Part shown: positions 1-8,833 of the stretch, one piece after another | Layout of the letters: each line of letters opens with the position of its first letter | Position numbering within the stretch: the first letter of the stretch is position 1 | IMG/VR virus record: IMGVR_UViG_3300042555_002918 | Coordinates: 81,389-145,388 of that record | DNA from: a virus | DNA length: 64,000 nucleotides | Strand: one strand, 5' to 3' | The notes under the pieces: generated by a model | What the model was told of the DNA's origin: nothing | What the model saw: only the letters and a program-made list of their open reading frames with translations | Database searches by the model: none | Made by a program: the position numbers and the translations under genes

Positions 1-702
1 TCCAAAATACACCTCATAGAGACCGTTTTGATTTTCTTGAATAAAGTATACAAGAGAATCTTGATTGAGGACGTTTATGTTGGTTGCGGGCGAGAAGACT
101 TTGATAGCAGATGATGCCGCCGAATCCTTTACCTTTACCGAAAGAGTCGTAATGTCGACGTTCTTGTTTGGGATTTCAAATCGTTGCTTTGTGGGTGAAT
201 TTCTATCCACCACAAACTGCACTTTGAGTCGCTTACCTTCAATTAGGACAACGTCCTCAACGTAGCTTCCACTGGCATCCGCCTCGATTATATATGAACG
301 GTCTGGGCTAAAAACGTAAGACTTCCCGTCGAGGTACGATGTAAACTCGTCAGTTTGATTTAAACGTACAAACGGTGGATTTGGGTCAAGCGGACCTTTA
401 GTTGTGTCGATTTCAAGTCGGATTTTTGCTCGTGCGCATTTGGCAGAAGACGGGATGTATCCGACCGTCTTTGCTCTTGAGGTAACACTAGACCTGAGTT
501 GTGCCGAGTCCAGGAACATCTCAGCGCCTACCATATTTAAGTAGAACGCATTGTATGAAGTATTGTATGCCAGAAGAGAGAGAATCTGTTGGATTCCGCT
601 AGCTTCGAAATCAAAGTCTTGAAACTCCTTAAGAGTTTTCAAGTGCTGCTTAAGCGACTCTTTAATCTGGAGGTAATCGAGGTTTTTGAAATTGGTCGCC
701 AT
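1..702 (-). CDS. gp6: baseplate wedge protein gp6 (N-terminal part; runs off window)
   Basis: Hand translation from ATG at 702: MATNFKNLDYLQIKESLK...FQDFDFEASG...LLAYNTSYNAFYLNM...EMFLDSAQLRSSV...GYIPSS, the gp6 N-terminal signature. Directly downstream of gp25. Absent from the ORF track because no stop is in the window. Confidence 0.93.
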   Translation of the reverse strand, partial: MATNFKNLDYLQIKESLKQHLKTLKEFQDFDFEASGIQQILSLLAYNTSYNAFYLNMVGAEMFLDSAQLRSSVTSRAKTVGYIPSSAKCARAKIRLEIDTTKGPLDPNPPFVRLNQTDEFTSYLDGKSYVFSPDRSYIIEADASGSYVEDVVLIEGKRLKVQFVVDRNSPTKQRFEIPNKNVDITTLSVKVKDSAASSAIKVFSPATNINVLNQDSLVYFIQENQNGLYEVYFG

Positions 703-711
703 GACGGTTAT

Positions 712-1104
712 TTATCGGACTCTTTCCATAAATGTTGTAACGGTCTCAAGCACCGAGAGCGAATCGACAACGAACGATAGGTACACCTCATATCCGTTGC
801 GATCCGGGCTACCTGTAACCTTTAGGTCAACGACGGTAACTCTCGGTTCATATCGAGAGATGGCACCTCTTATTTGCATCGTGATGGACTGCTCTGTAAG
901 AGGGTTGATGTCTTCGAAAAGTAGCTGCCGAAGGTTTGCCCCAATATCAGGCTCGAACGGTCGATCGTACTTACCCATGTAGAGGAGGTTTCTCAGGGAG
1001 CGCTTGACTGCCTCTACGTCACGAAGGACAGAAATATCCCCGGTCACTGGATGCGGAACGAATGTTAGGTCAATATCTGTGTACTTCTTGGTTGTGGTTG
1101 GCAT
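712..1104 (-). CDS. gp25: baseplate wedge subunit gp25
   Basis: YTDIDLTF..HPVTGDI..DVEAVKRSLRNL..RPFEPDIG..LLFE..YEPRV motifs. Confidence 0.95.
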   Translation of the reverse strand: MPTTTKKYTDIDLTFVPHPVTGDISVLRDVEAVKRSLRNLLYMGKYDRPFEPDIGANLRQLLFEDINPLTEQSITMQIRGAISRYEPRVTVVDLKVTGSPDRNGYEVYLSFVVDSLSVLETVTTFMERVR

Positions 1105-1144
1105 GTTGTCTATTTATGCCTTAGCCACACGAGGGGCTTTGATA

Positions 1145-1465
1145 TCACCGCTCTTCCTTTGGTGAGGCCTCATCTTTACCCTCATAGTACTGGCGGTACT
1201 CTTCTAGGGTCTGCCGTTGCATAGCCATATAATGAAGAATGTCGGTCATGTTCAATGATAGATTCTTGTACCCCGCTTCCGTAAGAGCAAAGAAGACTAT
1301 AACTTTTCCACTTTCGTCTTCCACTGGGACTACCACCCATTTCACTGGTTTTAGTGTCAGAGGCTGTGGATCTGGTAGAGCTAAGGGCTCTCTTGGCTGA
1401 ACCGTAGTAACGCAACCAGACAGTCCCACAAGGATTGCTAAAAAGATTTTTTTAACCGGCATCAT
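1145..1465 (-). CDS. o-spanin-like lipoprotein (Rz1)
   Basis: Lipobox LSGC, Pro-rich linker; adjacent to i-spanin candidate. Confidence 0.75.
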   Translation of the reverse strand: MMPVKKIFLAILVGLSGCVTTVQPREPLALPDPQPLTLKPVKWVVVPVEDESGKVIVFFALTEAGYKNLSLNMTDILHYMAMQRQTLEEYRQYYEGKDEASPKEER

Positions 1466-1466
1466 A

Positions 1467-1883
1467 TTAACAACCTCCCCCCCGAGTTACCGACTCGAAG
1501 CACTTAAACACCTTCTCCGTTCCATTATTAACTGCTTTTTCAACCATCCTAGGATGTCGGCGAGCAATCTTGGACAAGTCATGTTTGATGAGCTTTTCAG
1601 CAAGCTCTCGGCGCTGCTTTTCAAGCTCCTGGGATTTCTTTGAGAGGTCGTCTCTAGCCGAAGAGATATCTTCAACGTCTCTCTTTAACTGAGCAACGTG
1701 CGCTTGAGCCTCAGCCAAATCGCGCTTTGTAGCAGCTAGTTCATTTCGAAGATTGAAAAAGCCGATAACAAAGTAGAGTACAGTGATGGTTGCTAACGCA
1801 ATAACAATGGCTTTGATATTGGTTACTATAAAAACGTATGCGTTGGTCGAGTACCCAATAAGCTTAAGTAACGTTTCAATCAT
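1467..1883 (-). CDS. i-spanin-like protein (Rz)
   Basis: N-terminal TM segment then coiled coil, KHDL..IA..HP.MVEKAVNNGT motif; SD before ATG at 1883. Confidence 0.75.
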   Translation of the reverse strand: MIETLLKLIGYSTNAYVFIVTNIKAIVIALATITVLYFVIGFFNLRNELAATKRDLAEAQAHVAQLKRDVEDISSARDDLSKKSQELEKQRRELAEKLIKHDLSKIARRHPRMVEKAVNNGTEKVFKCFESVTRGGGC

Positions 1884-1896
1884 GATCCTTTCCTTA

Positions 1897-2292
1897 CTAA
1901 CGGAGGTAGGAACGAACTGTCCAATATCCCGAGTCAATCTTGCGGGCTCCTTCCGGGAGCCTGGACGTAACGAAGATTGATGCCGGAACTACGATCCTCT
2001 CATTTTCCTCAGTAATTGTGACACGCACGGTCTGTACGCTCACATTACCATTTGGAAAGGCGAACTCTTTCAATTCATCGATTAGTTGGTAACTGTAGGT
2101 AGTCCAAATTTGCCCCCGCACAACGTCAGTGCCACGTGAGATAAATCCAGCATCTCCCCCAACGTCATAAAGGCTGCCGGTCGTCGAGCACTGAGCCTCA
2201 CCAGCAAGAATCTCAAATCCATGATAAGGGCCGTCCCCTGGCAAGAGCGTTACTTTGAGATTGTTGAAAACAAAAAGGACTCGGTTTGACAT
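1897..2292 (-). CDS. gamma-glutamylcyclotransferase-like (AIG2-like) protein, degenerate
   Basis: VLFVFNNLK resembles LFVYGTLK; VRGQIW strand; size fits. Confidence 0.5.
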   Translation of the reverse strand: MSNRVLFVFNNLKVTLLPGDGPYHGFEILAGEAQCSTTGSLYDVGGDAGFISRGTDVVRGQIWTTYSYQLIDELKEFAFPNGNVSVQTVRVTITEENERIVVPASIFVTSRLPEGARKIDSGYWTVRSYLR

Positions 2293-2339
2293 CTTACAAG
2301 CCTATTAACTGCTTGTATTTATCCGACCGAGACCGGGCA

Positions 2340-2642
2340 CTATTCCCGAGTTAATGGGGAATCAACATCACCATTTTCAACAATTTTCACCTGCTCATAG
2401 GGACCAACATGATGTCGGTACATTTCAAGTTTAGCGCACTCAAGGATGCCGGTTATTTCATTGAAGTCCGTGTAGTTTGGAAGCCTGTCCCCGTAAACCT
2501 CCAATATCAGCCGCGAAATGATGTAATTGATCTGTCCGGCTGGGGACTTTCGCTCCTCTGAAATGAATCGCTTTACTTCCCCTGCCAAGGCACCAACTTT
2601 AGCGTCGTATCGTTCTCTGTCGTTTTGTGGAATGTACGGCAT
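2340..2642 (-). CDS. conserved phage protein (DUF6899-like)
   Basis: MPYI..GQINYIISRL..GILECAKLEMYR...PYE..KI.ENGDV. Confidence 0.75.
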   Translation of the reverse strand: MPYIPQNDRERYDAKVGALAGEVKRFISEERKSPAGQINYIISRLILEVYGDRLPNYTDFNEITGILECAKLEMYRHHVGPYEQVKIVENGDVDSPLTRE

Positions 2643-2664
2643 AAACACCTCTAATAATGGGTAC

Positions 2665-2699
2665 AGAATACCCAGTATTAGAGAGCGCCGGACATTACC
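2665..2699 (-). promoter_or_regulatory. early/middle-type promoter motif
   Basis: GGTAATGTCCGGC-N16-TATTCT. Confidence 0.7.
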
Positions 2700-2708
2700 C
2701 TGTAGAGA

Positions 2709-3383
2709 TTAACGTTCTGTCTCGTAGCGATTCAGGCCGCGAGCAAAGGCGTGAAAAAGGTCGGCCAGGTCCTTATGTTCCTTGACCTTGGCACTCTGAG
2801 CCTTAACTCTGGGATGGTCTTCACCATGAACTTTAAACATCTCACGAAGCTTATCCTCGCCGTTAAGGGCCATCTGAACATGCTTTTCATGGGCTTTGAG
2901 GGCTGAGACCTTCAGGTGTTCAACTTCAAAATCATCGCCTACCTTATGAGCTGCCTTAAAGCCCTGAGCATATGCCGGGTGGTCCTGGGCAGACCCTTCC
3001 CCAAACCAAATGCCAACTACCGGGCGAGGTGCTGAGACCCCTTGAGACTCAGTAAGGTGCTGTTTGTTATATGCTTTTCGCCGAGCAGCTTTCAGCGGAA
3101 GGCGCCCTGCTTTGGAAAGTCCCGAAAGGATTCCGTCGTGGACACCCTGAAGCTTAGATATTTGCGTTTGGTGCCGCTTAGCTTGTGCGCTGTTTCCGCG
3201 TTTCAATGCTGCGGAAAGGCTTGCGGTATGTTGGGTAATCATCTCCCTTGCTGCGGATAAGCTATTATCAACAGCGTGATGAGAGGACGCCCCCTTCTTC
3301 AAATGGACAGATGTCTCAGTTTCCCAAGTACGAAAGTTTGCTGTATATGGGTCGTTTACCGACTCGCTTACGGAGGTAGCCAT
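2709..3383 (-). CDS. His-rich hypothetical protein, possible internal head protein
   Basis: Long ORF, His/Lys-rich, candidate gp21 cleavage site HLTE/S; follows a late-promoter gene. Confidence 0.55.
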   Translation of the reverse strand: MATSVSESVNDPYTANFRTWETETSVHLKKGASSHHAVDNSLSAAREMITQHTASLSAALKRGNSAQAKRHQTQISKLQGVHDGILSGLSKAGRLPLKAARRKAYNKQHLTESQGVSAPRPVVGIWFGEGSAQDHPAYAQGFKAAHKVGDDFEVEHLKVSALKAHEKHVQMALNGEDKLREMFKVHGEDHPRVKAQSAKVKEHKDLADLFHAFARGLNRYETER

Positions 3384-3403
3384 AGGTGACTGCCATCCTT
3401 GAA

Positions 3404-3823
3404 TTAGTTCATGAGTTTGGGGTTATAGCGTCGGACTCCGAACTTCTCATCGTCGGTAAGACCAGCAGAGTGGACGTCTTCTACCCCAGCGGCTTGGAAA
3501 AAGCGTTGACGGTCAAAACGAGGATTAGACTTGCTGAAAACGTCAGCATGGTGCTGTGCCATCTCAGCTCGTTTCTTAGTGTCAGATATTGCCTTAATTG
3601 AATCAGCGGCAAGTTGAAAGTGTTTACGGGTAAGGCGACCCTCGGCCAGAAGCTCTTCGTTCTGCTCCTTCACAAGAACACCAGTTTTAATCAGAAGTTC
3701 CACGTATTCTCGAATCTGCTTCTCGTATTGAGCATCGAGAATATCTTTAGCTTCTTTAACGAAATCCATCAGGTCTTCGTTCTTGATGTTCTGGACAAAC
3801 TTTCGAGTCATATATGCCGTCAA
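3404..3823 (-). CDS. hypothetical protein, possible prohead core or internal protein
   Basis: Acidic helical N-terminus, LLAE/G candidate cleavage site, C-terminal NPRFDRQRFF domain; TAAATA at 3851-3856. Confidence 0.55.
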   Translation of the reverse strand: MTAYMTRKFVQNIKNEDLMDFVKEAKDILDAQYEKQIREYVELLIKTGVLVKEQNEELLAEGRLTRKHFQLAADSIKAISDTKKRAEMAQHHADVFSKSNPRFDRQRFFQAAGVEDVHSAGLTDDEKFGVRRYNPKLMN

Positions 3824-3853
3824 ATATTATTAACTTCCGTTAGCCGAATCTAT

Positions 3854-4090
3854 TTATTCGCTCTTCACGCCCTCTCTCTCAAGAATTGCCAAAGCTTCAT
3901 CCAAATCCATAAAAGAGGAGATATCAAATTGATCCCGTTCACCTCGTACTAGCACCTCTCCCTTACACCGAAGCTCAAGGCGGCCCTGGCGGAAATGGAT
4001 CTCAATTTGTTTTTTGTTTGAAAGACGTCCAACCCAGGACGATGGACAACTAAAGGAGGTCTGAGTGAGGCTTGCCTTTACAATCTTCAT
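3854..4090 (-). CDS. hypothetical protein
   Basis: 78-aa ORF preceded by both promoter types. Confidence 0.6.
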   Translation of the reverse strand: MKIVKASLTQTSFSCPSSWVGRLSNKKQIEIHFRQGRLELRCKGEVLVRGERDQFDISSFMDLDEALAILEREGVKSE

Positions 4091-4149
4091 ATCACCGCTT
4101 CGCTTGATTTTCCTTGTACAACTATTTAGGACTCAACATCGGCAAACCA

Positions 4150-4184
4150 ACGCTATCAGAACTATCAGTAAGGCGAGCATTACC
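4150..4184 (-). promoter_or_regulatory. early/middle-type promoter motif
   Basis: GGTAATGCTCGCC-N16-TAGCGT. Confidence 0.7.
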
Positions 4185-6161
4185 TTATATTGCTTCGTGA
4201 CGAGCTCCTGACTCAATAATGAGGTACTGTGTTGTTCCAATCTGTAAAATCAGTGGGGTTGGATACTTGGAACCGGGCTTCTTAAACCTCCAGTGGTCTC
4301 GCCCTCCATTGCCGTTACCGGAGTATCGACCAGCTTCGATGAATCGTCCCTTCTTGTGCACGGGCCGCTTTACCTTCCAGGTCGTAATTGACCCGCCCTT
4401 GCTCTTATATACAAGGGTTGCGTCCTCTAGCTGTCCCGTTGGGAGAGCCTCATACAGCTTTGCCTTCTGCCCTAGGGCGTGAGAAAGAACTACCAGCTTA
4501 CCGTCGGAGTCTGCCGTAGGTTTATACAGGTCTTGGGCTCGTTTAGTTCCTTCGACCACGGAATCCCCGTTGAAGATATACCCTTCCTTTGGTGTGAAAC
4601 TTGTAACTAAGTCGCTTTTGTTATCGGCGTCATTTTCCTCAAAGTCTACGGAGGGAGCTGGTATAACAGGAATCGGAACCACTACGCCTATACCGGCGGC
4701 AATTTCTGTAAGTTCAGAATAATGGGCGCGGATGAAGTTTCCGGTTGTGAATGGGCTATCAAAAAACGTGAGAGGACCTTCAGTTAATACGACCCTTCCC
4801 GCTTTGAGCACGTTACCGCCTCTAGCCTCAATCTTTGTATCGTTACCCTCAATTTGAACATCACCTTTGGCTTTTACCTTAATCTCTCCCTCAACAGCTA
4901 CATTAAGGTCCCCTTTGATAAGGATGCGCACATCGCCATCGACTACGGTATATGCGTTCTTTGCAATTTTCGTGTTGGCATTGCCTCCGACTTTGACGTT
5001 TAAATCGCTTCCTGAGTCCTGATTCATCGCTCCGCCAGACTCCAGAGTAACCTCCTGTATGCCGAGGGCTCGTAAAGTCTCCTTAGCGGTAATGTTGACG
5101 CTCTTCTCTGAAACGTAACTTGAGTTACCCAGTGCCAAGTCAAACCGGTCATTTACCGCTTTGTCGACCTGCTTTCCATCGGGGTGAATCTCTTTAAATG
5201 TTCCGCTTCGATGGAAGAAATGAAGTCTCTCTGCCAGTGGGGTATCATCGTATTCGATTACGTGCCCTGACTCTGACTCGTAAACGTGGTTAAATGGATA
5301 CTGGGCAGCATAAGGTGTTTCTGGTTCTCCCATCGACTCGCCGTCAGATGCTTTATCGGTCCCTACACCCATGGCGGCATGTGTTGCAGTCGGCGCAGTC
5401 AGAGACGCCCCCTTCTTTCTTGCTACAAGGGTTTGATCCGTATTTTCATTCCTCGCTAATCGGCTTGCTACTGATTCTCTGAGTTGATGCTCAAGGGGAT
5501 ATCTTGAAATTGGGACCTGGGGGGTGTCCGCTGGACCTGCGCCGTCAAAGAAATCTCCCTCATCATCGCCTGAGCCAGTAGTTCCGTCTTGGTCAGGGTC
5601 TATAAGAAGTGATGCGTCAGATGAATCGTATTTTCCGTCTCCATTGACATCATATGGGAAAGGATTTACCCCGAACTCTTTAGCAAGTTGTCCGGTCGAT
5701 GTTGACTGAATTGGCAACTTGTCGGGATTTTCATATTTACCAGTGGCAGACTCCCCCGACTCTGATGATTCAGGTGTTGGAGGAGGAATCATCTCTGGGG
5801 GACGGGCGACTTTACCGGCAATCAGGTTTTCGTCTGGGGTTGGATCGTTATACCCCTCATTTGGATTTGCTGGCTTCTCGGGAATCCCGGGAATCTTACC
5901 CAGGATTATAGGATACTGCTTTGCTTCGCCGTCTCTAAAATACCCAGCAACAAAATCTCCCTCTTTGTATCCAACAACGTTCTTTCCATCATCGGCCGGG
6001 AGTAACGGCATCGCCCACGGTAAGCTATCAGTGGGCATCTTTTGCTTGTCGGCATCGTGAAATCCGATTGCTCGAACCCTTACTCTTCCGATGAAAAGTG
6101 GGTCGTTTCTGTCCTCTACGACACCCTCAAAGAGAATCAGTTCTTTTCCGCCGAAAAACAT
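4185..6161 (-). CDS. gp5: baseplate hub/spike gp5-like protein without lysozyme domain, with extra C-terminal domain
   Basis: OB-fold FEGVVEDRNDP..GRVRVR..LPWA; YPFNHVYESESGHVIEYDDTP.AERLH..HRSGTF.EIHPDG; beta-helix repeats. Confidence 0.92.
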   Translation of the reverse strand: MFFGGKELILFEGVVEDRNDPLFIGRVRVRAIGFHDADKQKMPTDSLPWAMPLLPADDGKNVVGYKEGDFVAGYFRDGEAKQYPIILGKIPGIPEKPANPNEGYNDPTPDENLIAGKVARPPEMIPPPTPESSESGESATGKYENPDKLPIQSTSTGQLAKEFGVNPFPYDVNGDGKYDSSDASLLIDPDQDGTTGSGDDEGDFFDGAGPADTPQVPISRYPLEHQLRESVASRLARNENTDQTLVARKKGASLTAPTATHAAMGVGTDKASDGESMGEPETPYAAQYPFNHVYESESGHVIEYDDTPLAERLHFFHRSGTFKEIHPDGKQVDKAVNDRFDLALGNSSYVSEKSVNITAKETLRALGIQEVTLESGGAMNQDSGSDLNVKVGGNANTKIAKNAYTVVDGDVRILIKGDLNVAVEGEIKVKAKGDVQIEGNDTKIEARGGNVLKAGRVVLTEGPLTFFDSPFTTGNFIRAHYSELTEIAAGIGVVVPIPVIPAPSVDFEENDADNKSDLVTSFTPKEGYIFNGDSVVEGTKRAQDLYKPTADSDGKLVVLSHALGQKAKLYEALPTGQLEDATLVYKSKGGSITTWKVKRPVHKKGRFIEAGRYSGNGNGGRDHWRFKKPGSKYPTPLILQIGTTQYLIIESGARHEAI

Positions 6162-6176
6162 AGTGGTTATTTATGC

Positions 6177-7031
6177 TCAAAAATTCGTTATTAGATATTC
6201 AGATACCGAACCGCGCCCCTTTCCCTTGCATGAGATATTCCGAGGAGCCTTCACCTCAATGAAAGTGTATCCCGAGAAAATGTCCTCAGTTTCCTTACAC
6301 TTGGAATTGGACAAAATTACCTTCATCCCAAGGTCAGTCAGCTTGTCCACCTTTCGGCGCAGTTTACGTTGTTCAGAAAGTCCAAACTGTTTCCAATATC
6401 CAGTAAAGCTTGCAGTCTTTGATATTGGTATATAAGGAGGGTCTATGTACGCCAGAACGGAGGCCCCTTCCTTTGCTGTAGGGATGGCCACCTTGTCCAA
6501 AAACCTACTCCAGTCTGCACAGTGCAAAGATGCATTGGCGCTTAAAATCGAAGAGACATCTTCAAGGTGCTCATATGGCAAAGTCGGCAGTGACTTATAC
6601 TTACCAGCCGGAACATTAAATTCACCCTGAGAGTTGTAACGAATCAGTCCGTTGAATCCTCTCTTATTGAGAAAATAAAACATAGCTGCTTGTTCGTGAG
6701 GGGGAGAGCGGCGCTCGTTAAACGCCTGTCTTACTTCCAGATACAGCTTAGTCGGGTCGGAATCTTTAAGCGTGTCGACGAGTTTCTGGAAGTTTTCTGA
6801 TACCGCCCGAGGGTTGATGGATATTTGCCTCCAGAAATTTACAAGATCCGGATTAGCGTCGTTTAATGCCATGTATGGATATCGTCGTCCAATGTTTAAT
6901 GCGACGGATGCTCCCCCGACAAATGGCTCCACATACAGATCTACACTCCCCCGGGGCAACGCGGTGTCGATTGCGTCAAGTAACGCATATTTACCGCCCG
7001 GATATTTGAGGAGAGATCTAGTCCAACCCAT
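6177..7031 (-). CDS. dam: DNA adenine methyltransferase (Dam family)
   Basis: LKYPGGK, EPFVGGASV, FNGLIRYN, YIDPPY motifs. Confidence 0.95.
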   Translation of the reverse strand: MGWTRSLLKYPGGKYALLDAIDTALPRGSVDLYVEPFVGGASVALNIGRRYPYMALNDANPDLVNFWRQISINPRAVSENFQKLVDTLKDSDPTKLYLEVRQAFNERRSPPHEQAAMFYFLNKRGFNGLIRYNSQGEFNVPAGKYKSLPTLPYEHLEDVSSILSANASLHCADWSRFLDKVAIPTAKEGASVLAYIDPPYIPISKTASFTGYWKQFGLSEQRKLRRKVDKLTDLGMKVILSNSKCKETEDIFSGYTFIEVKAPRNISCKGKGRGSVSEYLITNF

Positions 7032-7654
7032 TATTCCCCTTCATCCACGGCAGCCGGACTACCTTCGGAATGAACAGTCTGCGCTCCTTGTTCCTCTCCG
7101 AGTTCAAGGAGGATTTGGGAAAACAGCTCCCTGTCCTTTGGTGAAACCCTAAAGTCATGATCAAGAGTTGCACTCATATTCATAAGAATATAGCCAAGGG
7201 CGTCATGAATGTAGTCGATACAAAGCCTCTTGGCCTCATCTGAGAGGTCTTGTCTTGCTTGAATGTTTTCTCCTCCTGAAGAGGCAAACACTCCAATCAC
7301 ACTTGTAAGCACTGACATGCCAATCATGTAGCCGAATGACTTACCGATCTTTATGAGCCTGTGTCCCTTCTCCAGGCTTGAAAACGTCGTCCCTCGACGT
7401 GCCAACACTTTTTGGACCATCGGCGTAGCCATTGCGGAAAACCTCATGCTTTTGTCGCTTGGGTCGTGGATAAACACCTGCAACGTTTTGTCGAGCTTAG
7501 CGGCGAGCTCTGCTACGGGACTCTTTCGCACTTCCCTAACAGCCCTTGCCGAAAGCCTTAAAATGAGAGTACCAGCCTCAGAAACCCCTTCAGTCAGAGC
7601 TTGCTCAAAAGTCCTTTCCTGAATTTTAGCTATGGTGCCTTGAGTAGTTGTCAT
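7031..7654 (-). CDS. hypothetical protein, possibly membrane-associated
   Basis: ORF fills the gap between primase and dam; one hydrophobic segment. Confidence 0.6.
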   Translation of the reverse strand: MTTTQGTIAKIQERTFEQALTEGVSEAGTLILRLSARAVREVRKSPVAELAAKLDKTLQVFIHDPSDKSMRFSAMATPMVQKVLARRGTTFSSLEKGHRLIKIGKSFGYMIGMSVLTSVIGVFASSGGENIQARQDLSDEAKRLCIDYIHDALGYILMNMSATLDHDFRVSPKDRELFSQILLELGEEQGAQTVHSEGSPAAVDEGE

Positions 7655-8649
7655 CGTCGGTTCTTCCACTTAATCATTTTTAGTCTAGCCGCTTGTCCCT
7701 TATGGGAATTTGAAAGGATAAACGCCGATATTTCCCTCACGGTTGCGCCGTTCTTGACCATCTCGTTAATGTCCTTACCTTTGAAGGGACAGTCTGCCCA
7801 AATACAAACCGACCGATCCTCACTTAGAGCCTTCTCCATGTTCTTAACGATCTGAGGATTTTCCGGCTCGTTGTCGAATATCAGTATTGAGTTTACGTCG
7901 GGAAACGATCTGCAGAACATTCCCAGCTCGGCATGACAGACCGCTACTGCATTAGGGAGGAACAGTGCATCAATTGGCCCTTCGGTCACCAAGACCGGCA
8001 GGTTGGGATTCATTCGTTCAAGACCAAAGAAGCACTTTTGATCGTCGCTTTTGGCCGTTGCATACCGAATGGGAGAGCCGTTCATACTCCTACCGGAAAT
8101 AGCGACGAGCTCCCTTTTGGTGTTGTAAATCGGGATAACTAATCTCTCATCTTCAGGAAATCGCCCGCCCTTACCGGGAAACACCTCTTCTACAAGCTCT
8201 CGGTAATTAGCTGTGTAAAAGAGAAGCTTGTGTCGAGAGGAAGGAATTTGCCGGGAGGAGACGTACATTCTGGCTACGTGGTCCTCTGGAAGAGAGAGAA
8301 TGTTTACCATCCTATCGTAGCTATCTTTCTTGACCGACACTAGCTTAGGGATGAATGTGAACTTATAGCTTGGCTCCTCTTGTACCGATTCCTTTCTCCA
8401 CTCTGACCAGGTGCCTTCGTCCAGATGCCGGAGCAGGCTGCCGAAGCTTTTTGCCTCTCCGCAGTTCTGACATTTAAAGAAGGTCTTCCCCTGATACACG
8501 TAGACGTATCCGCGAGCTTTCCATCTGACTTTCTTTGAATCGCCACACAGTGGACATGAGAAATTGGCCTTGAATTGCTCAAGCTCTTTGAAATTTCGCA
8601 GACGATGCGAAACCAAATTCAGGAATTTGAAATCCGTGTGTACACCCAC
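7651..8649 (-). CDS. gp61: DNA primase
   Basis: Zn ribbon CPLCGDS..CQNC, RLVIP, TOPRIM VTEGPIDALF, FDNEP, KDINEM. Start set at GTG 8649 because ATG 8664 overlaps the promoter -10 element. Confidence 0.95.
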   Translation of the reverse strand: MGVHTDFKFLNLVSHRLRNFKELEQFKANFSCPLCGDSKKVRWKARGYVYVYQGKTFFKCQNCGEAKSFGSLLRHLDEGTWSEWRKESVQEEPSYKFTFIPKLVSVKKDSYDRMVNILSLPEDHVARMYVSSRQIPSSRHKLLFYTANYRELVEEVFPGKGGRFPEDERLVIPIYNTKRELVAISGRSMNGSPIRYATAKSDDQKCFFGLERMNPNLPVLVTEGPIDALFLPNAVAVCHAELGMFCRSFPDVNSILIFDNEPENPQIVKNMEKALSEDRSVCIWADCPFKGKDINEMVKNGATVREISAFILSNSHKGQAARLKMIKWKNRR

Positions 8650-8655
8650 GAGCAT

Positions 8656-8690
8656 ATAGTACATGCCGTGATCTATAGCCGGGCATTACC
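8656..8690 (-). promoter_or_regulatory. early/middle-type promoter motif (primase)
   Basis: GGTAATGCCCGGC-N16-TACTAT. Confidence 0.75.
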
Positions 8691-8709
8691 CAACCCTGCT
8701 TTGTCAAAA

Positions 8710-8744
8710 GGTAATGTTCTCCGCCTTTGCCGATTAGCTAACCT
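8710..8744 (+). promoter_or_regulatory. early/middle-type promoter motif (ardC)
   Basis: GGTAATGTTCTCC-N16-TAACCT. Confidence 0.6.
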
Positions 8745-8833
8745 CTTGAAATTATATCACCCAAACAAATTGTTTGAAGGCGGACCACTGACCATGATAC
8801 AATTGACACATTGGTTGTTTTTAGCGGGGTTGT

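Noticed and set aside
2015-2049. Extra promoter copy upstream of the spanins (GGTAATGTGAGCG...TGT-CACAAT)
   Set aside because: Inside a CDS with a degenerate box and an imperfect -10; possible but not counted.
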